A stretch of 64,000 nt of DNA from Octopus vulgaris (lineage: Eukaryota), in NCBI GenBank assembly GCA_951406725.2, contig OX597816.1:46624001-46688000 (forward strand). Direction: 5' to 3'. Under the pieces are notes generated by a model, which saw nothing but the letters and a program-made list of their open reading frames with translations, searched no databases and was not told where the DNA came from. Of the stretch, positions 49,901-61,746 are shown one piece after another; the stretch's first letter is position 1, and each line of letters opens with the position of its first letter. The translations under genes and the position numbers were made by a program.

Positions 49901-51119
49901 ATACAGAAACTGTATTCCTAGTCATGCAAAAAGATGGGATGGTCATGGCTAGAATACCTTTGATCATAGATCTGCTTGATTAGGACTAAACAACAAGCAG
50001 TAACATATTTAAAACATTTTTTTAAATCTTAATGTTTTAAGCATGAAACTATTGCTGTATAAATTATAGATATGGTAGGATTTCCCATATGCAATATAGA
50101 GAGTTGATTAACAGATTATCTACACAATTCGTGGTCAAAAACCCCTAGCATTGTTTAAAATGTAAAAAACAAAAAAATAATTAAAAAAAGATAACAATAA
50201 AATATACACAATTGCAGCATGGAAGGTTCTGTAACCCTTAAAAAATAACCATACTGAAAGAGGAAGATGATTGGACCTAGGCAGTTATATAAAGAAAAAA
50301 ATACTACTTTCCTTGAAATTTAACGAAAAAAACTAAGTCAGACAAAAAAATAAAGGTTATTGAATGTAAATATATAGTTTTACATTAAAATTTGGTTGGA
50401 CTCCAGAAAACATTAGGTCTGATTTGTTTGTATTAATATACGTCATGGCTGAATGGATCTGATGCCAAACTCTTAGTTCATTGTATGAAGCATGCATTCT
50501 GCCTTCTAATTTGCATACGTCATGTCGGTTAGTCTTTCAACTCTGTGTAGTCTCCTACTTCAAACGTGTGTAGTCCTACTGTATTTGGATTTATTATGTG
50601 GGATGGAATTCTCAGCAGTATTTCCCCTCCACCGTATTATTCTGGAGATGTACTTGCCAGGCAGGCGATTCAATCTCAGACCGTGCATTGAAACTAAAGT
50701 AATCGCAGCGTGGTAGACACGTGTCAACCATTCAAAAACACACAAAGAATGTTAACTACAATTAAATATTGAGTATTTGGTGTCAAAATTTTCTTTGCGC
50801 CAACTGCAACCTGGTCACTGATGCAATTCCATTGCATATTGTTTATATAAATTATTCTTGTCCTAATTTTGAAACTGAGGCTATAAACTATCGGATATAT
50901 TTGTGCTAAATTGAAATATCAAGTACAAAGTAAATCATTTCATATTTTATTTATAGTCATTGTATTTTAGATTTTTCCTTTTCTTTCTTTTTCTCTTTTT
51001 TTTTCCAGTTTTTACTTTCTACTTATAGAGAGATTTTCATAGTTTTTAATGTTGTGATGTCATTTCACTTCTGCATTTTGCTTCTGATGTGTTATTCCTC
51101 TAAACTGAAGCATCTTTAA

Positions 51120-51330
51120 CCCTTTAGCATTTAAACCGGCCAAAAGTATTCTACCTGTTTTATGTTCAAACTGGCCAGATCTAGTCTCTCACACCAACCC
51201 TACAATATCGTTTTAAAAATTAACAGCTACCTCCTCAAAATCTCATAGCTCCAAGATAATGCATGATTAGTTCAAAACAATGTGGATGAAAAAGCTTTAA
51301 TTATAGCAGAATAATGTGAACACTAAAGGG
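51120..51330. mobile_element. piggyBac-like MITE, complete
   Basis: TTAA (51116-51119) CCCTTTAGCATTTA ... TGAACACTAAAGGG TTAA (51331-51334). Confidence 0.85.
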
Positions 51331-52000
51331 TTAAATCAATTATATGTAACTCCTATTTTTATTTTTTTTTTTACCATTTTCCTTTAAGCTTTTCATTTCA
51401 AAATTTTGTCTGAACTATACCTTTAGGCATGACATAGATAGTTCTGTAATCTTAAGGAGAATCAAATTTTAAGTAGGAGACTAAACTATTTGTTTATAAC
51501 ACTGGAATGCTGGGATACATATGCAAAGGCATGGCTGTGACATGAGAAGTTTGCTTCCCAACCATATGGTTTAGAGTTTAGTCCCATTGAGAAGCACCTT
51601 GGGCAAGTGCTTTCTACTACAGCCTTAAGCTAACCAAAGCCTTGTGAATGAATTTGGTTTATGGGCACTGAAAGAAGCCCATCATGTGTATGTGGGCAGA
51701 TGTATGTTTGTGTCTCCTGGTCATAAGAGAGCATTGCTGCCATATCCAACATAATGAGTAGGCATGTCTAGCCATGGGAAAATAATACTTTGTTTGGAAA
51801 CAGGTGATAATTGGCATCAGGAAGGGCAACTGTTTGTAGGAAATTTGCCTCAATAAACTCTGTCTGACTCATGCCATCATGGAGAAGTAGATGTTAAAAT
51901 GATGATGACTGGGTTGATATGTTATTTATGAAAATGACCAGTATTATTATCCTTGAAATTTAACCCTTTTGTTACCATATTTCTGTTAAAATATTATTTT

Positions 52001-52205
52001 TCTCTTTTCCTTGTTTCAGTCATTTGACTGTGGCCATGCTGGAGCACCGCCTTTAGTCGAGCAAATCGACCCTAGGACTTATTCTTTGTAAGCCTAGTAC
52101 TTACTCTATCGGTCTCTTTTGCCAAAGCACTAAGTTACGGGGATATAAACACACCAGCATCAGTTGTCAAGCGATGTTGGGGGGACAAATACAGGCACAC
52201 ATACA

Positions 52206-52257
<52 letters not shown>

Positions 52258-52418
52258 ACAGGCTTCTTTCAGTTTCCGTCTACCAAATCCACTCACAAGG
52301 CTTTGGTCGGCCCGAGGCTATAGTAGAAGGCACTTGCCCAAGGTGCCACTCAGTGGGACTGAACCCAGAACCATGTGGTTTGTAAGCAAGCTACTTACCA
52401 CACAGCCACTCCTACGCC
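52001..52418 (-). mobile_element. SINE family A, full-length, young
   Basis: Complete head to tail; inserted within a TTAA-type MITE remnant that starts at ~51960. Confidence 0.92.
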
Positions 52419-54399
52419 TACGCTTTAATTAATTTTAAATATAACAAAGATGTTAGTAAATTAGCTTAGTTATCATTAAGGTAGTGTTAGGAACATAAAT
52501 TATGACTAAAGTTTATTGGAAGATTTCAATTCAGAACTTTTGAAAACAAGGCATTTGTACTTCAGAGCCAGATGGCAAAAACAAAAGAAATTATTAAATC
52601 TAAATACAGTTTTACAATAAAATTTGGCTGAACAAAAAGTGATAGTGACAATTTGTATTTGTATACAAACTCTTGGCTCATGCTTCATCTATATCCAGTT
52701 AGTGGCACATCGTGTTTTGTGTTAAACAAGTCCCTCAACTCTACATGTACTAATTTAGGCTGTAATGAACTGTAAAACATAACACTTGTGAGCTTTAAAT
52801 TGTTTGTGGTCAGTGTAATTTATTTACTCAGAAAATATTCGTAAACTTGATTAGGAGAGTTACAGATTGGTGGAAGTAGTAATAATGCTCGAGAAAAGGA
52901 TTAAAGATAGGAGAGTATTGTAATAAGATTAGTTGTCTTGATAAGATGTTGGAAACATAATGGTGTTGAGGGTGGGGGGTAAAAAACTAACAATGTATTG
53001 ATTTCTTTTGTTGATTAAACTGGTTGGTTCTTATGCTTGGTCACCTCATTTCTTCATAATTTCTGTATCTTAATTCAATACAGAGGAAGTGGGTGTACTT
53101 TTGGCTTTATCATTCCTCTGAAACTAGTGAGGTTGATGCTGTTAAACATTCTGGTTAAACTGTTCTAATTCAACAGCTGCTGAAGAAATTTGTATAAAGG
53201 ATTTCCAGAGGACTGACATTCCAAAAAGGAAGAACTGGAGATATTGGTTTATGTAGGACATGGAGTGGGGGTTACAATATGGATGACAAGGAGAGGAGAG
53301 AAGAATGAGTTCAGATGGCACAAGACTAACCCACTATAAGGAACAGAAGCCAATGTAATAGTAGTATAAAAGGCAGAGGGAAGATACAGCTTGTTTTTTG
53401 GGCCAGATGTCGGATTTGTCTCTGTGGCTGACTTCATGCCAGTCAATCAACTAACTCTTCTTTAAACAGTCTGGGATGTATGTATGTGTGTGTGTTAACA
53501 GTTGCACCATTCCAGATGTGGGGAAAAGTTCTCAGATATGGATCCCACCTGAGTTTTGGTGAAGGATTATTAATTGTTGGTAGGCAATATACTTTTAGTT
53601 CAGTACAAGGCTAGTCTTTGAGATGAAATCTTTGCTAAGTTGAGGGTGTGCATTCACTAGGAGATATCTTAGTGATGGTTAGCATTTGAAATGTTCTTGA
53701 AGGTTCTAAGGTTTTTAATTTTCCCCCACCCATGAAGATAGATGAGGTGTGATTATGCAGTAATTATGTCTTTGTGCAGTTGAAGGAAATAAGATTGGTA
53801 TGACTCCATGCTTTCATGAAAAATTTTTTCACCCCAGGAGTTATAAAGAGCAATTAACTTGAACTTATTGCCACATTATATCACTTCTAAGATTTGCACT
53901 AAAAATAAAATAACGATGGAACTATATACTTTCTTAATTACCTCAGACTGTTGATTGGTAGAATCATTAATATTTGTTCAGTTCCTTACATTCTGTGTTT
54001 ACCTGTGATGACGCTGGTGACAAACTGTGTCAGCCCTTGCCTTTTCCTTGAACAACATTAGCAACATGAAAAGGGAGATATCCTGCATGAACAACTGCTG
54101 GTCTTAAAAGGGGGAAGAAAACAAAAACCTTCAGGCATACTCCCAAAGAGAGTTTTTCAGGTGCAGATACATCAGATATATGTTCAACCCTAACATCAGA
54201 GACCATAGAAGTAGGTCATGTGTGAAAAGTACAATTAATATACCTAATATGCAAGATTAAGAACAATAATTTTCAGGAAAAAAATATATGTTGTTTAGAA
54301 AAACAAACTGAAAAAATATACATGATTGGAGATGAACATGAGATATCTAAGAATATTTCTTAAAGATACAAAGTTATGAGGCATCTGCCTCTGCACATC

Positions 54400-54720
54400 A
54401 TCATAGTTTCACATCTGCTTTTCTAGATTTGCATGCATTGGACAGTTCTTCCCCAGCACAGTTTCTTACTTCTCCCTTAAGTGTTTCAGCCTCCTGAGAT
54501 TAGCCTTCACCTCTTGCCATGTCTAGTCTTCCACAGGTTCCTCTCACATGGTTTACTTGATAATTTTTACCCAGCTGTCAACCTCCATATACATCACATG
54601 TCCATGCATTTACACTTTCATTACACATCCAACAGAGCATGCTCTCCACTGTTTCTTTCTTGTGATCACACGTCATCCTGTGTTTCACTACCATGCAGTA
54701 TGCACACAAGCATCATACAA
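54400..54720 (-). pseudogene. Old RTE-like LINE 3' remnant
   Basis: Minus-strand GHVMYMEVDSWVK and TWQEV peptides resemble the RTE ORF end; heavily decayed. Confidence 0.4.
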
Positions 54721-55301
54721 TCTACCTTTCCCCCACCCTTTGCTAACAACAGAAGTAATAGCTCACTAGAATTTTTTCCACCCCTTATTCTGGTTATTAC
54801 ACTTTCACTATACCCACCTTCATTACTAATAAGTTTTATCTAGATTTTTTTAAAAACTGCCATCTACCAGGGAACCTTTCCAGATATTTGAATGAATCAG
54901 TTTTCATCAATGTTTACGCTTCAACTGCTCTTGCGCATATGATGGTAGTTAAGTCCTTTACTGCTAATTAAAGTTTTTCTGTACTGTAAGGCCTCTTATT
55001 TACCACTTGTTCTCTTCCTAAGGATCATAAGCCACCAACAACTTTCTCCACTGTTCTTGGCTCTGATGCTTCTGTAGCTTTGCCCTTTTTCTAGGTAAGA
55101 GTGTCAAACCTACACAAACCCATTTTTACCTCTGGGAAGAGGTGATTCATATTAGTCTGCCCCCTGTTCTTGACTTGTCCAACATGAGAGGCCCCTGTCA
55201 GGAGCTTGCACTCTGCTGGCATATCTTTCAGGACCATTGAGGCATATAAACCACAACAACAAGAACTGGACCTTGTGGTGGCAGTAAGAAGCCTCTTGGT
55301 T

Positions 55302-55522
55302 AAGGCGGCAAGCTGGCAGAAACGTTAGCACGTCGGGCGAAATGCTTAGCGGTATTTCATCTGCCGTTACGTTTTGAGTTCAAATTCTGCCGAGGTCGAC
55401 TTTACCTTTCAACCTTTCGGGGTCGATTAAATAAGTACCAGTTATGCACTGGGGTTGATATAATCAACTTAATACCTTTATTTGTCCCCTCTATGTTTAG
55501 CTCCTTGTGGGCAATAAAGAAA
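55302..55522 (+). mobile_element. SINE family B, full-length, with 17-bp TSD
   Basis: GGCGGCAAGCTGGCAGAAACGTTAGC head, GAGTTCAAATTC B-box-like motif. TSD TAAGAAGCCTCTTGGTT at 55285-55301 and 55523-55539. Confidence 0.93.
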
Positions 55523-57021
55523 TAAGAAGCCTCTTGGTTTTAAGTTTTGCTTCCATATTTGAAATTTTTTCTCTAATTTTTCTTTTTTTTTTTCTTTTTT
55601 GACTGGTTCAGCTATGAAAACTCAGTCATTAACATACAGAGAGATGTTCCCACAGTCAGTCAGTCTTAAAGTACTCTGTTATGGCCAGGAGATCTTTAAT
55701 AAACATACTTATAAATTTGTTTCATCAAATGTAGAAAAAAATATTTTCATGAAACATCAGTGTGTGTGTGTGTGTGTGTGTGCACTATCATTATGTAAAT
55801 ATTTTTAGTTCATACATTGACATCAGAACTGTCACATATAACATGTGACAGGTTTGTAGTAGTTATTTTTGTTGTCCAGTTTATAGTAGTGGAACTGTTT
55901 GTACAAACATCTGATAGCTGATTGAAAGGCTTGTATTGACCTGCAGGCATGGCTCTGGGGTTAAGAGGTACCTTGAGCAAGTGCCTTCTGTCATGTCACA
56001 GGTTAATCAGTACCATGTGAGTGGGATTTGATAGATCAGGTAGAAGCCTCTGTGTGTGTGTGTGTGTGTGTACACACATATACACACTTACCACAATTTA
56101 ACCCATGAAACAAATGACCTTATCAAATATTTTTTTTAAAGATTAGCTTGTAAGGTTAAGAAGTTCACTTTACAACCACATGATTTTTAGTTCAGTCTCA
56201 CTGCACAGCACTTTGTATAAGTGTCTTCTAATAGTCCTGTACTGAGCAATGCTTTGTGATTGAATTTAGTAAGCGCATATAATAGAAAGTATATCACAAA
56301 CACACACGCACATGTGCTCACAGTTGTGCATGAACATCCCACAGCTTTGCTTAAGTGAGATGGTGAATGATGTTTACACTCCTTGTCATGACCAGTCCAC
56401 TCTGCGCTTTCAAAATACCAATAGAATAAATGATCCCTTGCTTGAAACAGGTAAGGGTTTTAGTGACAGGAAGAACATCTGGTCATAAATTGCTGCTTCA
56501 AATACGGTCCCAACCAAAGCTGGTATAGAAAAACAACGTTGAGCAAAGGAGCAAATGATATGTGTACATATATACATATGTGTGTTTGTCTGCTGATCGA
56601 TGCTTGTCTGCTTGTCAGCGAAGGATATAAACTAATTTTTGTTCTACACTGAGGTATAGATACTCCCTTGTTTCTCTCAACCACAGAAATAAGGTGAGCA
56701 ATGATACTATTGATCACCAATTTGAAAAATTATATAAGTAACCCACAAGTCCTGCACTTTGAGTATTTCTAAATATGATGTTCTGTGTGTGAGTATCTAG
56801 GTTGAACTTGTTTTGATATAGGCTACATTGTGCTAAAATTACTCTGTCAAATGTAATGCTTACATTTTTTTCACATTGTATTAAATGTGAATTTTTAATA
56901 ATGTAATTGTATATATTGTAGAGCAGTGTGAGAGGCTGCATCTGGTCAGTTTGAACAATAAACAGGATGAGAATTCTATGAAGCTCTTTCATTGGTTCAG
57001 TTTAGTTAGGACAAGACCTAT

Positions 57022-57107
<86 letters not shown>

Positions 57108-57176
57108 CTGTTTTCCAAAATGGAGGCAAACACCTTTCTCCATGTGATCAGCTTGAAAAATTAAGATACTAAGGTA

Positions 57177-57200
57177 ATATATGTATGTATGTATATATAT

Positions 57201-57232
<32 letters not shown>

Positions 57233-59987
57233 GTGTATATATATGTATGTATATATGTGTGTATGTATATATATGTATGTATGTATATATATGTATATGT
57301 GTATGTATGTATGTATATGTATGTATATGTATGTATATATGTATGTATGTATGTATGTATATATATGTATGTATGTATATATGTATATATGTATATATGT
57401 ATGTATATATGTATGTATATATGTATGTATATATGTGTATATGTATGTATATATGTGTATATGTATGTATATATGTGTATATGTATATATATATGTGTAT
57501 GTGTATATGTATATATGTGTATATGTGTGTATGTATATATGTGTATATGTATGTATATATGTGTATATGTATGTATATATGTGTATATGTATGTATATAT
57601 GTGTATATGTATGTGTATATATATATATGTATGTATGTATATATGTGTATATGTATGTATATATATATATATATGTATGTATGTGTATATATATATATGT
57701 ATGTATGTATGTGTATATATATATGTATGTGTATATATATATGTATGTATATATATATGTATGTATATATATATATATGTATGGATATATGTGTATATAT
57801 ATATGTATGTATGTATATATATATATATGTATGTATATATATGTGTGTATATATGTATATATATATATGTATGTATGTATATATATATATATGTATGTAT
57901 GTATGTATGTATATATATGTATGTGTATATATGTATGTGTATATATGTATGTATATATATATATGTATATATGTATGTATATATATATATGTATATATGT
58001 ATGTATATATATATATGTATATATGTATGTATATATATATATGTATATATGTATGTATATATATATATGTATGTATATATATGTATATATGTATGTATAT
58101 ATATATATGTATGTAATATATATATGTGTATATATATATATGTATGTATGTATATGTGTATATATATATATGTATGTATGTATATGTGTATATATATGTA
58201 TGTATATGTGTATATATATGTATGTATGTATATGTGTGTATATATATGTATGTATGTATATGTGTGTATATATATGTATGTATGTATATGTGTGTATATA
58301 TATATATGTATGTATATGTGTGTATATATATATATATGTATGTATATGTGTGTATATATATATATATGTATGTATATGTGTGTATATATATATATATATG
58401 TATGTATATATGTGTATATATATGTATGTATATGTGTGTATATATATATATGTATGTATATGTGTGTATATATATATATATGTATGTATATGTGTGTATA
58501 TATATATATATGTATGTATATATGTGTGTATATATGTGTGTATATATATATATGTATGTATGTGTGTATATATATATATGTATGTATGTGTGTATATATA
58601 TATGTATGTATGTGTGTATATATATATATGTATGTATGTGTGTATATATATATATGTATGTATATATGTGTGTGTATATATATATATGTATGTATATATG
58701 TGTGTATATATATATATGTATGTATATATGTGTGTATATATATATATGTATGTATATATGTGTGTATATATATATGTGTGTATATATATATATGTATGTA
58801 TGTGTGTGTATGTATATATGTATGTATGTGTGTGTATGTATATATGTATGTATGTGTGTGTATATATATGTATGTATGTGTGTGTATGTATATATGTGTG
58901 TATATATATATGTATGTATATATGTGTGTATATATATATATGTATGTATATATGTGTGTATATATATATGTATGTATATATGTGTGTATATATATATGTA
59001 TGTATATATGTGTGTATATATATGTATGTATGTGTGTATATATATATATGTATGTATATATGTGTATATATATATATATGTATGTATATGTGTATATATA
59101 TATATGTATGTATATATGTGTATATATATATATGTATGTATATATGTGTATATATATATATGTATGTATATATGTGTATATATATATGTGTGTATATATG
59201 TGTGTATGTATATATGTGTGTATATATATATGTATGTATATATGTGTGTATATATATATGTATGTATATATGTGTATATATGTATGTATATATGTGTATA
59301 TATGTATGTATATATGTGTATGTATGTATGTATATATGTGTATATATATGTATATGTGTTATATATGTATATATGTGTATATATATATATGTATGTATAT
59401 GTGTGTATATATATGTATGTATGTATATGTGTGTATATATGTATGTATGTATATGTGTGTATATATATATGTATGTATATGTGTGTATATATATATGTAT
59501 GTATATGTGTGTATATATATATGTATGTATATGTGTATATATATATATATGTATAGTGTATATATATATATGTATGTATATGTGTATATATATATATGTA
59601 TGTATATGTGTATATATATATATGTATGTATATATGTGTATATATATATATGTATGTATATATATGTGTATATATATGTATGTATATATGTGTATATATA
59701 TATGTATGTATATATGTGTATATATATATGTGTATGTAGGTATATATGTGTATATATATATATGTATGTATGTATATATGTGTATATATATATGTATGTA
59801 TATATGTGTATATATATATGTATGTATATATGTGTATATATATATGTATGTATATATGTGTATATATATATGTATGTATATATGTGTATATATATATGTA
59901 TGTATGTATATATGTGTATATATATATGTATGTATGTATGTATATATGTGTATATATATATGTATGTATGTATGTATATATGTGTAT
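57177..59987. repeat. Giant compound (TA)/(TG) microsatellite array, part 1
   Basis: 2.8 kb of almost strictly alternating T and purine. Confidence 0.98.
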
Positions 59988-60649
59988 AAAATAAATATAA
60001 GAGAGTGGTCACTATATTGATCACTCTAGCACCAGTTAATCCAAAAGGTTTCAACCACGAAAATACATGTTTCCCATGAAAGCCAGTACGACTGTTAGCT
60101 CACACGGACAGGGCAAATAAAAAATAACAAAAATACAGATTATTTTGGGACAATTGTTTCGCTATTAATGAATTAAATGTAATATTACTTACAATAATCC
60201 ATTTGTAGCTCATCAGCCAAGACTATCTGGATGAAATCCACTCAATCACACGCCAGATTTTACCATAACGATAAATACGCGTGTGGTTCAATTGATTACA
60301 TCCGACGTTATAATTCAAATGCCCCAACCAACAGCGCGCCAAACTCTCACGGAAAACAAATACAGCATTTAGAAATAAATGCAGCATAATTATAATTAAT
60401 TAATAAGGGTGAGAGAATTAGATACTAATTTAATAGTATATTTATTCCACACCAAGTGGCCTAGTGCTACGAGAAACCTGGATTATTATAATATTTTATA
60501 ACATATTATAATATTTTCACAAAATAAATATAAGAGAGTGGTCACTATATTGATCACTCTAGCACCAGTTAATCCAAAAGGTTTCAACCACGAAAATACA
60601 TGTTTCCCATGAAAGCCAGTATGACTGTTAGCTCACACGGACAGGGCAA
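59988..60649 (-). mobile_element. Retrozyme-like / Penelope pLTR-derived non-coding element, 533-nt unit x1.24
   Basis: 129-bp direct repeats 59988-60116 and 60521-60649 (one mismatch, 60089/60622). No credible ORF. Contains an intact HHR. Embedded in the TA/TG array. Confidence 0.85.
60145..60220 (-). ncRNA. Type I hammerhead ribozyme, intact core, extended stem II
   Basis: TTGG-CTGATGA-GCTA-[41 nt]-TAGC-GAAAC-AATT-GTC^CCAA. All core nucleotides are present. Stem I is TTGG/CCAA, stem II is GCTA/TAGC, and stem III is palindromic (ACAATTGT). Predicted cleavage 3' of position 60149. Confidence 0.88.
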
Positions 60650-61671
60650 TATGTGTATATATATGTATGTATGTGTATATATATGTATGTATGTGTATAT
60701 ATATATATGTATGTGTATATATATATGTATGTGTATATGTATATATATATGTATATGTATATATATATGTATATGTATATGTATGTGTATATGTATATAT
60801 ATATGTATATGTATATATATATGTATATGTATATGTATGTGTATATGTATATATATATGTATATGTATATATATATGTATATGTATATATATATGTATGT
60901 GTATATATATATGTATGTGTATATATATATATGTATGTGTATATATATATATGTATGTGTATAAATATGTATGTGTATATATATATATGTATGTATGTGT
61001 ATATATATATGTATGTATGTATGTGTATATATATATATGTATGTATGTGTATATATATATATGTATGTATGTGTATATATATATGTATGTATGTGTATAT
61101 ATATATGTATGTATGTATATGTGTATATATATATATGTATGTATGTATGTGTATATATATATGTATGTATATATGTCTGTATATATATGTATATGTGTGT
61201 GTATATATGTGTATGTATATATGTGTGTATATATGTGTATGTATATATGTGTATGTATATATGTGTATGTATATATGTGTATGTATATATGTGTATGTAT
61301 ATATGTGTATGTATATATGTGTATGTATATATGTGTATGTATATATATGTATGTATATGTGTGTATGTATATATATGTATGTATATGTGTGTATATATAT
61401 ATATATGTATGTATATGTGTGTATATATATATATGTGTGTATATATATATATATATGTATGTATATGTGTGTATATATATATATATATGTATGTATATGT
61501 GTATATATATATATATGTATGTATATGTGTGTATATATATATATATGTATGTATATGTGTGTATATATATATATATATGTATGTATATGTGTGTATATAT
61601 ATATATATATGTATGTATATGTGTGTATATATATATATGTATGTATATGTGTGTATATATATATATATGTA

Positions 61672-61746
<75 letters not shown>

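Noticed and set aside
55075-55100. Pyrimidine tract plus TAG|GTAAGA resembling a recursive splice site
   Set aside because: Lies in what appears to be an old repeat remnant; one such match in 64 kb is unremarkable.
247-57172. Most short tracked ORFs (60-154 aa)
   Set aside because: They overlap microsatellites or SINEs, or are random AT-rich frames without splice signals or protein-like motifs.
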